Shown here one piece after another: positions 1 through 11,367 of a stretch of 64,000 bases of DNA; the stretch's first letter is position 1, and the number at the start of each line of letters is the position of its first letter. A model generated the notes under the pieces. It saw nothing but the letters and a program-made list of their open reading frames with translations. It had not been told where the DNA came from and searched no databases. A program made the position numbers and the translations under genes. Origin of the DNA: Albugo candida (Eukaryota); contig JBDOQK010000011.1 in NCBI GenBank assembly GCA_040437565.1, positions 248,001 through 312,000 on the forward strand. Direction: 5' to 3'.

Positions 1-428
1 GCGCCAGTAAAGTTATCCTCATCATTATCAAGCAAGACTCCTGAGACGGAAAGGTTGAATAGAGCTTAAAGAGTCTGTAACTGGATAGGAAGAATAGGCA
101 ATGTCTAAGCACCACGATGATACATTGTATTGTCATAAGCTGACAAAGTAACCATTCTGAATTGTGTAGCTGCAGCGGAAATCTCGCTTCCTGCAAAAGC
201 TTGATGCAATTTCAGACTGCTCTACGCTAATCTAATTATTAATATGATAAAGCTCTGATCAAGCGGTATCTACGTTTGATTGTCTTCCGAAGAGTCTAAA
301 AGCTATTGAGAAATATGAATAAGACGCCACACGAGAACGGAGCCTATGCAGCGCGAAACGTGCGCATCTGAAAACACACTATCATTCAACCAATCCAACA
401 CTTGCAACCACGGAAGTCGGTATGCATT

Positions 429-2148
429 GACTTCGTGTACCGAATCATTCTATTGATCATAATATTACAAAGGACTATTAGAACATTACATGGCCAAGAC
501 CGTTGGCGAACGGCAAAGTTTCAAGATCATAAAATAGCACAATGAGGCTCCACGTACCAAAAAGGAAGAATTTGCAGTCAATGGAAAGCAAGTTTCACAC
601 TATATATATTTAAAGCTGTGTACGAGCTGAAGAACAAGACGTACGCATGGAATGAAGCTATCACTGACATTTTAGAGTCGGCTGAGCTAAGAGATGCTTT
701 ATGTTATGCTTTTAAGCTTTGGGAAAGTCAAAATTGACTCGCAGAAGCTCCAAAGCGATGCTTGAGCTCTTGGGGTTGCGCTAATGGATATCTGGTGAGT
801 GCATACATGGACAAAGTCGTAACGCGTAACCGATGTCAAGTGATGCTACGAATGGAATAGCAATACAACTATATTTTGGTGGGACGTTTTGTGGAAAGCC
901 CCTGGAACATCGCTTCGATGGGTGCCTAAACATGAGGCATGGTGAAGTCTTTCTGGCATATTGCGTGGCTCTAGTACATCGGAAAGAGCTCAGTGCTACT
1001 CAGTACAACAAAATGAGTGAGGCTCTTAGGAAGAATGATGAAATGTTGTTTTAAAGTAGCTAATCATCTCAATGGCTTTCAATTATGGCTTGTTAAGGTT
1101 CTGTAGCCGAGATGTGAGAACACCCACAATTCCGAACCTAGGGGCGAAGATCGCTTCAGCATAGCGACGCTTCCTCCCTTCAAAATTCATCAGCTCTTAG
1201 TCTGGGGAGTTGGAAAGATGAAAATGGTCAAATATTGCCATTTTCTGAGATTTGTCAATCGCTGCTTCCGCGACGCCTGCCGTACAACATGGACTGTATC
1301 CGTTGTATGATTCAAACTCGTTTGCTGAGCATACGTGCTATAAAGCTAGAAAACAAGTGAATTTAGCTTTTTTGGTGGGATGACAGAGAGAAGTACCACA
1401 AAAATCATCGCCATTGAGCAAAATCAAAATAATTTAAGGGCGAGTTGCAAGTAGAATGAAAATGCCACAAGAGATAGGAGGAAGAAGCTACGTAAAAATG
1501 GAAAAGAGATGGGACACGAAGTGATATCATGGCTATGGATGTTGCTGATGATGCAGATGCACCTTCGGAGACCGAAGCGGATTTTGCAAATCAGGCCACT
1601 GCACCTCTGCGTTACAAGAACGCTTACGAAGATCAAGTTATTCTCCAAGAGATGATGCAATTGATCACGACACAACTGAACGAGTAAAAGGAAGCGGTGG
1701 AATGCTTGGCCACTTTGATAATCAGATTCTGGGACTCTCAGGTGGTGCGTGAGCCAGCCTTTTCTAATGGAAAGAAGAACATGCTACTTGATTTCGATGA
1801 AGTTGCTTCGTCGATGTGGAAAGCACAAAGGTTCACTCTATATCACTCTTGGTTCCAGCGCACTCGAAGAGAACTCATCATATATCGTGTACACAGGGAC
1901 TTGGTATTTTCGGTGCATGCTGTAGTGGCCATTCAAGCGAGATAGCGGGAAGTCAAGTAGTGTGTCTCTCCCGTCAGTGATAAGTTTTTGATAGAGGAGC
2001 GTCAACACAGAATGTGAGGCTCTCTACGAATTGATAGTTTTCAGAAATCAGTGCGCGATATTGGCAAGGATACAAGAAGCAAAAGTGTCTTTCTTGGAAG
2101 AAAAGTCCGAAGAAAAATGCGTGTGGAAATGTTTATTGATTTAGCAGC
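429..2148 (+). pseudogene. Decayed gene of unknown family, copy A (paralogous to 8116-10041)
   Basis: Collinear nucleotide similarity with 8488-10041 (e.g. GACTTCGTGTACCGAATC and CATCGGAAAGAGCTCAGTGCTACTCAGTACAAC in both). ORF fragment 833-1054 aligns with 8891-9121. Many stops and frameshifts. Confidence 0.65.
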
Positions 2149-2217
2149 AAGGTTTGTTCCAAAAGGGCATATGTTCAACCACCAAGTGAATCGAAAAACT
2201 TATTTTTCTTCTTGATA

Positions 2218-3310
2218 CTACCAGTCGTCTGCTGTAATCTTTCTGAAATGTCTTCCAGATAATCTGTTCAATTGCCATTTGGTGGGTATTTTATCTTTTT
2301 CGCATGTGTATAGAATCAGTTGCAAACCCACATCCGCTGAAATTATCTGAAGCATTTCGTAATCACCATTTTCTACGCTGCCAACTCCCAATAAAATTGG
2401 ATATCGATGCGTATTCAAATTGGGTTGCAGCATGTCCTCAAAACTCACTTTAGCTCTGCTCAATTCTCCGAAAAATGTTTCGTCCGGATGTTTGACTGGT
2501 ATGGCATACGAGGCGATCATTTTGTCAGCTTTGAGATCCAAGACTTTTAAAGCGCCTTTGAGGTAAACTTCATGCGCTTTACTCGTTACAACTAGAGCCA
2601 GACGTTTCTCAAAGACCGATTTCATAAGATTGATCATTGGTGGGTAAACAGCAACGTGGGTAGGTAAACCAAGAATTGTTTCTTCGTGAGAACTTCGTTC
2701 AAATGCTGCCTCAAACAGCGAGTCTCGGGCCTTTTCACCCATTTTGTACAGCAACCTGTACCGTAAAGTGTTCTTCAGATATTCACAGTCAGAATAATCC
2801 GAATCAATGGAGTCGTGGGCTGCTTTGAGCCACTCAAGTACATAATCTTTGAGACTTCTTCTTTCATCCTTTGAGAAAGCGACACGTGAATCTTTCCTGC
2901 TTTTGAAGATCGCGTGGAGCTTTAGTACAACTTTAGCAAGCTCGTCGTTCTCTTTTATACAGTGGCCACGCGCGATGCCGCTATTGTCTTTTTCTTCTTT
3001 GAATCCAAAAACTGCCGATACATCATCCGACCCAAAATGAAACTGCCCGCGACCTATTTGCTTCGCCAGAACGGCGTCTTCAAAGGATCCATTTATAAGT
3101 GTATGGTCCAACGCAACAATGACATAATCGTTGATAAGCTTTCCCGGATAATCGGATTCCACTTCAAAATCTTCTATGCTTAAAAACGGTTTTAGAAAAC
3201 TATTGGTAGGAGCATCGTTAAAATATTTCTTGTGTGTTTGCCAAATCCCATTTGATTTTTGCGGAGGTGACCAGCGGAAGAATTCCAATGAGAAAGCACT
3301 TGAGAACCAT
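2218..3310 (-). CDS. Secreted HAD-fold protein paralogue 1; degenerate catalytic motifs and a 1-nt frameshift after the signal peptide (pseudogene or sequencing error)
   Basis: ATG at 3310 gives MVLKCFLIGILPLVTSA, matching paralogue 2 MVLKCLLSGLLPVLCSG, but it is 1 nt out of frame with the 356-aa ORF. The body aligns with the 10045 and 18819 proteins (VLAKQI, YRLLYKM, VYPPM, GDYEML). Motif I reads ALDHT. Confidence 0.7.
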
Positions 3311-3471
3311 TATGCTAATTTTAAACTGAATGACACAGTCGTGGTTTGTAGCTAATCAGGGATTAATGGCGACAGAACATTCGCCACACAGAAGGAAAAA
3401 TCAAAGGTGCACAAAACAAGATAAAGGTGAGCAAAACACCCGCTAATGTCGATACAGAATGCTTATATCTT

Positions 3472-3498
3472 CTTTTTGTATGCGGCCGATTGCATTCT
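3472..3498 (-). promoter_or_regulatory. Conserved 27-bp upstream element of HAD paralogue 1
   Basis: AGAATGCAATCGGCCGCATACAAAAAG, about 160 nt upstream of ATG 3310; related copies lie upstream of both other paralogues. Confidence 0.55.
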
Positions 3499-3820
3499 AG
3501 CTTCCATTTTTTTTCCATTCGGTTTCGCCCTCGCGATTTGCTTTACATAAAAGTCAAAGTGAAAATTTAAAAAAAAATCGAACGATTGGAGATGACGTCA
3601 TCATGTTGTCTACAAATTAAATGACATTACCGATTTGTATTTTCAAAAGGCTTCACTGATGTTCCAATTTAAAAATGGCGAGGTAATCACCGTTGGAAGG
3701 AACCAAGGTAGGTAGACCTGAAGCCTTCGGGCCAAGTCGACGCCGAAATTGTACCGTTCTCCAGTATCAATCCAAACATATCTTCACATTGTCGGGACAA
3801 CTGAGACATAAGGATGACTT

Positions 3821-6800
3821 CTACTCTGCGTTTCCACGACGTCGTGCAAGAATCGCAGCAAGCTCACTACCCATTCCTCCAGAGTCCTGCTGTGTAAAGC
3901 CTGGAGTGTTCGTGTTTGTGTAATTCCGGCTTGACCTCATTTTATTGGACTCCGATTGTACCAACAAAGACGCATTCGTATCAGAGCTCCGCGTGGCCCG
4001 CATCCTGGCGTCTTTATCAGCTTGCTTTTTAGCTTTCCGTACTTTTATTCGTTCAATACGTTCATGCTCTCGTTCTTGCTCTAATTGTGCCCGGCGTTGA
4101 GCACGTTGTGCACGTTCTTCTTCTCTCATTGCCTCTGAACGTTGACGTCTTGCTTTTGCACGCTTTCGACGGTTCACGCTATACTCTTTGGGAACTCCGG
4201 TAGGTGCGTAAATTTGAAGCGAGTTCTGATCTCCAGTGAGCTTCAACTCATCGCAATCTGCTGTAGAGAATATGATCTTCTGCAGAGGTGATCGTGAGAG
4301 CTCTTTGTCTGAAGCAGTACGTAGTTGTACAGAATTTTCAAATTGTACCGGAATCGTTTTCCCGTCACCTAGTAGCCTTATTGTATCAGCTAAGAGACTC
4401 ACAATCTCTGACTTCTTCTCCGACAGAAACAGTTGATCCTCCAGCATTTCGGTTGATATATTTCCAATGCAAGAATCGTGAACACGAACGGGAGTATAGT
4501 ACCCAAGAGACGGGATCACCTCCACTCGTTTACATACTTCATCACAATATATTTTGCCGGTGAATCGGCAATGATGCCGGCGATTGAAAAGTCCAAATTT
4601 CTTCCCAGTATCCATGCAGCTCAAGACGCTTCGATCTTCGAGCCAATTGTTCCGGATAGGCTCCTTTAATAGTGGCTCTGGCTGGATCTGAAGAATAAAG
4701 CATGGGTCGGCGTATGTACTGAGCAGTATGCCTTCGATCATTGTAATATGTGCTCGTTGTCTCAGCCTATAGATTGGCGATTTAGGAACTTTCTCATTCC
4801 TGGAATCGCCACCCTCCACTGATGATGGAATTGTTTCTTCTATTACGTACAAATACTGATCTGAGAGAACTAGTAAGCGAGAACCGAAATAAACCGATTC
4901 ACAATCCCAAAAACCTTTAGTAACTTCAATGTCCTTCGTACTGTTTCGAGGACCAGCCCGTGGCATTACTTTATCAACGAAATCGGCAAATATAATTTTT
5001 TCGGAGTCACCGTAGAACCGCATTATTTCCCAGATCCTCGAATGTATTTCATCCGTGTTTTCTTTCAACAAATACTTTCCATGGAAGGGTCGACAAATAC
5101 TCACACGCTGACGAAGTTTTCCGTTTGCTTCATATAATTTTGAAATGTCGTGATTTAATTTCAAAAAATATCGCTGTCCAAAATATGATCGCCAAACATG
5201 CTGAATTTTTCGAACATATCTTCCGATAACTTCCTCTCGTAACTTTTCAATTGCAAACAATGTCTCCGGTGTTCGAATGAATACCATTGTCTTGCCAAAT
5301 TGTGCCTCTTCTTTCAGTTTTGGTATACCCTCTGCTGCAGATCGCAATATCAATTGAGTCCCTTTCTTGTCGCTGCCGGTGAATACATGCTCAGGATATG
5401 TTTGAGACGAAATGATACGAAAGCGATCAAGGAATCGTCCATACTCTCCACGATATGCAAAACCAGACCGTCTAACGCGTAAATTCTCTAGTAAACCAAG
5501 GTATTGTATTTGATGCAAGACACGTCCGTCGTCAAAACGATTAGCTTGCTTTTGATCATTTGACTTGAGGCACCGAACATAATGAGGTGAACACTCCATC
5601 AAGGTTTGTATCAAAGCTTCACACTGTGTTCGGATCTTGGATCCAGCGGTAGGAGCAGCCATTTGTTTCCGTCGATTGGATGACCGTTTTTCTTCCTCCT
5701 CCATATCTGATGCTGGAAAAAGGTATCGGATCAGTTTATTCTTACTTTTTTGCAACATTGAATACAGCTCCGGACTCACTGCCCCCTTGTTGGTATCTCC
5801 GAAACCGTGTGTATGATATTGTACTGTGCCAGCATAATGACGTATCTCAAAATCTCGACCACGCTTCGCAAAGTGAGGATGATTTTGATGAGTACTAGTG
5901 ACCTTATCCAAGAATGTTTTGTCAATGGCTTCGCCTTCCTGTGAATGCATCGTCTTAACTGTATCATCCAAAACCAAGAAAATTCCGGGTGATTGAGCTA
6001 CCGCTTGTCTTGTTTGCTTTATATAGTTTGCATCCATCAAATCACAAACTACTTTATTATTAAAGAATGGGATGGGAGTCCATTCAATGCCTTCTCGAGC
6101 ATATTCATCCTGTTCTGACCGCAACGTCAACTCGATAAACAATTGCTGCAACTTTTCATTCACGTAATTGATACAGAACTGTTCGAAACCATTTTGATCG
6201 AATACTTCGAATCCGTAAATATCTAAAATACCAAGTTTAGGCATCTCATCCATGTTTAGCGTACGATGAGAGGCATTTGTTGTCTCCATTTCATCTACTC
6301 GACGTTGCAAGTCCAATGCGTGGTTGATACGCTCAACCAAGAAATCAAAAATTCTCCCATATATAATTTTCGCGAGTGAATCACGTCGAGCACATGCTTG
6401 GCTGGGATTTTGTGGTACTTGATATCTCTCTATTTTGCCACCGGGAGCCATTGTTTCAAAATATTTGAAGCAGAAGTTGATGGAGCACTCATCGGAACTG
6501 ACTCCCAATAATTTACAGCATGTAATCAGTGGATCAGTGGACTTGATAGCAGAGCCTTCAGCATCTTGGATGGTTTCATCCCTGAAGTCAACGTTACCCA
6601 AATGTAGGATGGCAACACATGCTTGGATTACTAATTCAATTTGCCTCTTCTTCATGCCTACATGTTGCATGGCCTTCATAGTATCATCAAATTCCTTTTG
6701 ATCATCAACGCCGTCAATGTCATAGCACTCGCTAATGTTCAGATTTTTGAAATGATGAGGCTTCTTGGTAGTTCCCGACAGTCCTAATTTTTCAGTGAAC

Positions 6801-7456
6801 GAAGAGTTCTGCGGTAGACCGCGTAGTATTTGATAAAAGATATGAAAATTCCGTTCTTCTTTTCTAGGTTTGATGATTCTCGACTTCTCGAGTAGGTAGT
6901 TGGTTACTTTTCCACCCTGTGGCTGCCCCATTTCATCAAAGAAAAGCTCAAAGAACTTTCCAAATCGAGACGAGTTGTTGTTCCTTCCAGTCTTTGCATT
7001 CCCGAATGCCTCAAGTAATGGATTACTCTCCAAAAACACGCGTTTAATTTTATCGATACCGGTACCGCTATGTGAAATCGTTGCGATATAGTTTTGGATC
7101 TGCTTGGACGCTTCTGTTTTCCCGGCGCCAGATTCTCCACTGATGATAATGCACTGATGATCTTTCTCCAGCAACATCATTCGATATGCATCTTCCGATA
7201 TCGAGAATACGTGAGGAGGCACATCGATACGATTTTGATGAACGTAGCGTTTCAGTGTTGTGTCATCATATATGTTTAGCCATTTATAGGGGTTTAAAAC
7301 TACCAATACCTGGCCAATATATGTATAAATGATGTCGGACGCGTGACGACGCTTTAAGTTTTTAAGTATACCTGCTTCAGATACATCTGTAAGGAGAACC
7401 ATGTCGTTTACACCGACCACAGCATGCTCATTGATATGATGCCGGATTGGCGCCAT
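3821..7456 (-). CDS. Class I myosin: motor, IQ, TH1-like tail with inserted FYVE-like domain, charged helix
   Basis: GESGAGKT P-loop, LEAFGNAKT, NNNSSRFGK, LDIYGFE, HYVRCLK; IQ motif IQHVWRSY; WLED...RRHHCR...RV FYVE signature. Likely start is MAPIRH at 7456, although the ORF is open to 7624. Confidence 0.95.
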   Translation of the reverse strand: MAPIRHHINEHAVVGVNDMVLLTDVSEAGILKNLKRRHASDIIYTYIGQVLVVLNPYKWLNIYDDTTLKRYVHQNRIDVPPHVFSISEDAYRMMLLEKDHQCIIISGESGAGKTEASKQIQNYIATISHSGTGIDKIKRVFLESNPLLEAFGNAKTGRNNNSSRFGKFFELFFDEMGQPQGGKVTNYLLEKSRIIKPRKEERNFHIFYQILRGLPQNSSFTEKLGLSGTTKKPHHFKNLNISECYDIDGVDDQKEFDDTMKAMQHVGMKKRQIELVIQACVAILHLGNVDFRDETIQDAEGSAIKSTDPLITCCKLLGVSSDECSINFCFKYFETMAPGGKIERYQVPQNPSQACARRDSLAKIIYGRIFDFLVERINHALDLQRRVDEMETTNASHRTLNMDEMPKLGILDIYGFEVFDQNGFEQFCINYVNEKLQQLFIELTLRSEQDEYAREGIEWTPIPFFNNKVVCDLMDANYIKQTRQAVAQSPGIFLVLDDTVKTMHSQEGEAIDKTFLDKVTSTHQNHPHFAKRGRDFEIRHYAGTVQYHTHGFGDTNKGAVSPELYSMLQKSKNKLIRYLFPASDMEEEEKRSSNRRKQMAAPTAGSKIRTQCEALIQTLMECSPHYVRCLKSNDQKQANRFDDGRVLHQIQYLGLLENLRVRRSGFAYRGEYGRFLDRFRIISSQTYPEHVFTGSDKKGTQLILRSAAEGIPKLKEEAQFGKTMVFIRTPETLFAIEKLREEVIGRYVRKIQHVWRSYFGQRYFLKLNHDISKLYEANGKLRQRVSICRPFHGKYLLKENTDEIHSRIWEIMRFYGDSEKIIFADFVDKVMPRAGPRNSTKDIEVTKGFWDCESVYFGSRLLVLSDQYLYVIEETIPSSVEGGDSRNEKVPKSPIYRLRQRAHITMIEGILLSTYADPCFILQIQPEPLLKEPIRNNWLEDRSVLSCMDTGKKFGLFNRRHHCRFTGKIYCDEVCKRVEVIPSLGYYTPVRVHDSCIGNISTEMLEDQLFLSEKKSEIVSLLADTIRLLGDGKTIPVQFENSVQLRTASDKELSRSPLQKIIFSTADCDELKLTGDQNSLQIYAPTGVPKEYSVNRRKRAKARRQRSEAMREEERAQRAQRRAQLEQEREHERIERIKVRKAKKQADKDARMRATRSSDTNASLLVQSESNKMRSSRNYTNTNTPGFTQQDSGGMGSELAAILARRRGNAE

Positions 7457-8115
7457 AGCTAGTTCTTGTGCTGTATTGTGATATACGGTACAGACGATTT
7501 GCAAAGCGTTTGAACGGAAGGAGTGAATCTTATCTGAATTCGAATTTATGGAACAAAAAGAGGAATAAAAGGTCTCAAGTATCTTTCTAATGTACCCTGT
7601 CCAACTCGTCTTGTAGCTGTTCATTGCAAACCTCTAATTCCTAGATAGGACACCAGTTTACTCAGAGGCAGACCATCTAACCTATTACCATGCATAACAA
7701 AGGAATTTACGAAGAATGCTGCGAGGTCAGCAGGTTTAGTTGCAAAAGCTAGAACGGAGCCCTTTTTGGCGGAAATGATGCAAGGCAGGGAGCTATATCT
7801 TATAAACCAATACTGCGATGCCAATGCGTGACGATGAATTGACCGATTCATCAAGACCATCGCTAAGATAGTTCTGATAGGCTTCAATGTACATACACGA
7901 CTTTTACTATTTGATCATCTCACCACACTCTTTTATAAGAGTGACGATAAGCACAATGCTCACGACATGTAGCATGTTTCGTTTCGCAGTGTTCATCGCA
8001 ACCTGTCAATTATGAAAAATGGGAGAGCTGTATTCGTATCTGTATGTCTATTATTTCACTCTACTTTGAATGAGAGAGTCTTCCTGGACTGATTAACTAG
8101 CGCTCTAGCGCATGC

Positions 8116-10041
8116 ATGCATTCTGCTTCTCTTTGTCGCAACTATCTGGCCCAAATTGTGTTACCACGCTACTTTACGTTGATCCTCGTATTGGACGACT
8201 TCATGCTCCATNNNNNNNNNNNNNNNNNNNNNNNNNNNNNNNNNNNNNNNNNNNNNNNNNNNNNNNNNNNNNNNNNNNNNNNNNNNNNNNNNNNNNNNNN
8301 NNNNNNNNNNNGATCCTCGTATTGGACGACTTCATGCTCCATCTTCAACATAATACGTATACTCGCCATAATTTGAGCGCTTTTCGCTCAAGAAGCAACC
8401 TTTTATCTGAACACGGAGCTGACTTAAGGTACGTTTTATGCTACTTTGAACGATTCTCACATCCACGGAAGCATTTTGAGGACGAACGACTTCGTGTACC
8501 GAATCTTTCTATTAATCATCAATGTTACAAAGGACTACTAGAACAGTACATGGCCAAGATCGATGGCGACACGACATGGTCTGAAATCTAGAAATACACA
8601 CAATGGGTCTGGGGGTACCAAAATGGACGGCGTCATAGTCAATGGAAAGCAAATTTACATCATTCATATTCACAGCTGTACAGCTAACGAGCAAGACGTC
8701 CACATGGTATAAAGATACAAACGGTATTCTGAAGTCGGCTAAGTTAAGAGATGCTTTATCGTATGCTATCAAAGCTTTAGGTAAGTCAAAAATGATCCGC
8801 ACAAGCTCCAAAGCGATATTTGAGCTGTTGGGGTTGCTCTAGTGGCCATTTGGTGTGTGCATCCAAAAACAAAGTCGTAACGTGTAATGGATGTCAAGTA
8901 ATTCTACGAATGAAATAGCAATGAAGCTATATTTTGCTGGGAACTTTAATGGAAAGGCTCTGGAACAACACTTCGATGGGCTCCTAAACATAAGATATGA
9001 TGAAGGCTTTCTGGCATATTGCGTGGCTCTTTTTCATCGGAAAGAGCTCAGTGCTACTCAGTACAACCAAATAGGTGATACTCTTACGAAGATCTTGATT
9101 AACGGTGAAATCTTGTTTTAAAGTAGTTGATCATCTCAATGGCTTCAATTATGGCTTGTTGAAGTTTTTGTAGCCGAGATATGGCCACACCCACAAATTC
9201 CGAACCCAGGGGCGAAGACGGATGCAGCATAGCGACGCTTCTTCCCTTCAAAATTCATTAGCTTATAGTCTCTGGAGTTGGACAAATGATAATGGTCGAA
9301 TATTGCCATTTTTCTAGATTTTGTCGATCCCTACTTCCGCGACGCCTGCCGATCGTTATTGGTACAATATGAACTAAATCCGTTGCACGAGACAAGATCT
9401 TTTGCTGAGCATACCTGCTATATAGGTAGAAAATAAGCGATTTAGCCTTTTCTTGATGCGATGGACAGAGAGAAGCACCACAACAAAACCACAAACCAAT
9501 GGGGCAAACTGCAATTAAATCGAAAATGCCACAAGCGACAGGAGGATGAAGCAGCAGGCCGTGCTGTTGCCAACTCAGAAGAAGAAGCCATGTACGAATA
9601 GGAATAAGAAATGGGAAAAAGACGTGGCATTCTGGCTATGGATTGTTCTGATGATGCAGATGAAGCCTTGTAGACCGAAACGGACTTTGCAAGCCTGGCC
9701 ACTACAACGTTTTGTTGCAAAAACGTTTACAAAGCTTAAATCCTCCTTTAGGATGATAATGCGACCTATCACGAGGAAGTTTGAATGAGTATGTGGAACC
9801 GGTGGAACTCTTGGCTCCTTGAATATGTGGTGCTTGAGCCAGCTTTTCTCTCTCGTGGATAGTATAAGAAAGAGCTACTTAATTTCGATGGAGTTGTGTC
9901 GAAAGAGCATTGGCAAAACCAACTGCGATGTCCTTCCAAATAAAAGAGTCTATAGATTTTCGTGCACAAACTGGCAAGAGTGTATGAATGCTTATTCTGG
10001 AAGAGTCAGTCGAAGAAAAGTGTGAATGGTAAGCTTTAGCA
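8116..10041 (+). pseudogene. Decayed gene of unknown family, copy B
   Basis: Fragments 8642-8842 and 8891-9121 are in the same frame, separated by stops; collinear similarity to 429-2148. Confidence 0.65.
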
Positions 10042-10044
10042 GAT

Positions 10045-11169
10045 TCAAGTTTCAAGTATGCATGAACGCAAGTAATGAATGAAAAAAATGATCATCTCTG
10101 ATTCGATACAGCTGGTGCCAATAATCTTATGAGGAGGATATTTTTTGCCAAAAGTCTTGAGCCATTTTTTTATTTCCTTATCTCCTCTTCCACTGAAGAT
10201 CGCCAGAGCGTGTGCACCGTTCTCAAGGGCTGCAACGAGCATATGTCGATCATATTGTGGGTCGTCAGCCACGAGTAATGGTTGACATTTTGTGCCTTTA
10301 ATGATCTCTTTAATTTTGCTTGCTTTATTTTCCCGAACCATAGCATTACCCACTCCTTTAAACGCATTTCCGGCAATTTCATTATCGCAAGTAGTACCAA
10401 ACACACCTGTGATCGAATTCTCAATTCTCAATGCATCCGTAACACTTTCGAGGTATGCTGTATGCATTGCACTTATTATATACGTCTTCGCTTTGCCTTC
10501 ACTCAAAGCATGGATAAGTTGTAGCATTTTTGGAGAAGCAACAGCTTGGTTTGGTAGATCATTCACTTCTTCTCCCTCGCCTGATGGTGAAAATGCTCTT
10601 TGAAAAAGACGTGTTCGTTCTTCATTGTTCATATTATAGAGCAATCTATATGGTACAGTTATACTCAAGTATGCACACTCCTTCTTGTCCCCCTGAACGA
10701 CGTGGGAAGCCATTTTTAGCCATTTGGGAATTAGCTCTTTCAGACGAAGTTTTTCTCCTTCTTCAAACCTAAAGTTCAATCTTCTATCCCTTTTCGCAAA
10801 TATATCTTGGATCTTCTTCACAATAGCACTAAAGTTTTCGTCCTTTCCAATGCATTGAAAAGGAGGATTGAGATTACCTGTCATGTGATTATAAAATCCA
10901 AAAACTAACGGAACATCCGCCGCTTGAAAATAGAATTCACCATCCACTATCTGCTTCGCCAAAACGGTATTTGGAAAAGAATCTCTCAAAATTGTATAGT
11001 CCAATTCAAAAAAGACACAGTAATCGTCGCGCTTATCCAACTTTTCAAAAATCTCTTCGAAAAAACAATGCAAAGCGGGATTCTTGATTGCGTCAAAAAA
11101 ACTATTCTTATGAAATCCGCCACTGCATAGCACTGGAAGTAGTCCACTGAGCAAGCACTTGAGAACCAT
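10045..11169 (-). CDS. Secreted HAD-fold protein paralogue 2 (nucleophile Asp replaced by Glu)
   Basis: Intronless ORF; signal-peptide-like MVLKCLLSGLLPVLCSG from ATG 11169; motifs FELDYT, IISA, NK, VADDPQYDRHML. Confidence 0.85.
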   Translation of the reverse strand: MVLKCLLSGLLPVLCSGGFHKNSFFDAIKNPALHCFFEEIFEKLDKRDDYCVFFELDYTILRDSFPNTVLAKQIVDGEFYFQAADVPLVFGFYNHMTGNLNPPFQCIGKDENFSAIVKKIQDIFAKRDRRLNFRFEEGEKLRLKELIPKWLKMASHVVQGDKKECAYLSITVPYRLLYNMNNEERTRLFQRAFSPSGEGEEVNDLPNQAVASPKMLQLIHALSEGKAKTYIISAMHTAYLESVTDALRIENSITGVFGTTCDNEIAGNAFKGVGNAMVRENKASKIKEIIKGTKCQPLLVADDPQYDRHMLVAALENGAHALAIFSGRGDKEIKKWLKTFGKKYPPHKIIGTSCIESEMIIFFIHYLRSCILET

Positions 11170-11340
11170 AATGTCAATTTCAAAAGTGAGTGATACAATC
11201 GAGATCTTAGCCAATCTAAGATAGGGGACGGAGAATATTATTCTTCACACAGCGGGAAAGTCATGTACTCCAGCGTTCCCAAAAGTTCGATGGAGTTGGA
11301 GGAATATTCCCGCCGATTTGTCATAGCTCGGATATATCTC

Positions 11341-11367
11341 TTTTTTGTGTGTGACCGATTGCATTCT
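11341..11367 (-). promoter_or_regulatory. Conserved 27-bp upstream element of HAD paralogue 2
   Basis: AGAATGCAATCGGTCACACACAAAAAA, 23/27 identical to the copy at 3472-3498, about 170 nt upstream of ATG 11169. Confidence 0.55.

Noticed and set aside
7457-7624. 56-aa N-terminal extension of the myosin
   Set aside because: Myosin-like sequence starts near MAPIRH; the upstream open frame is probably 5' UTR.
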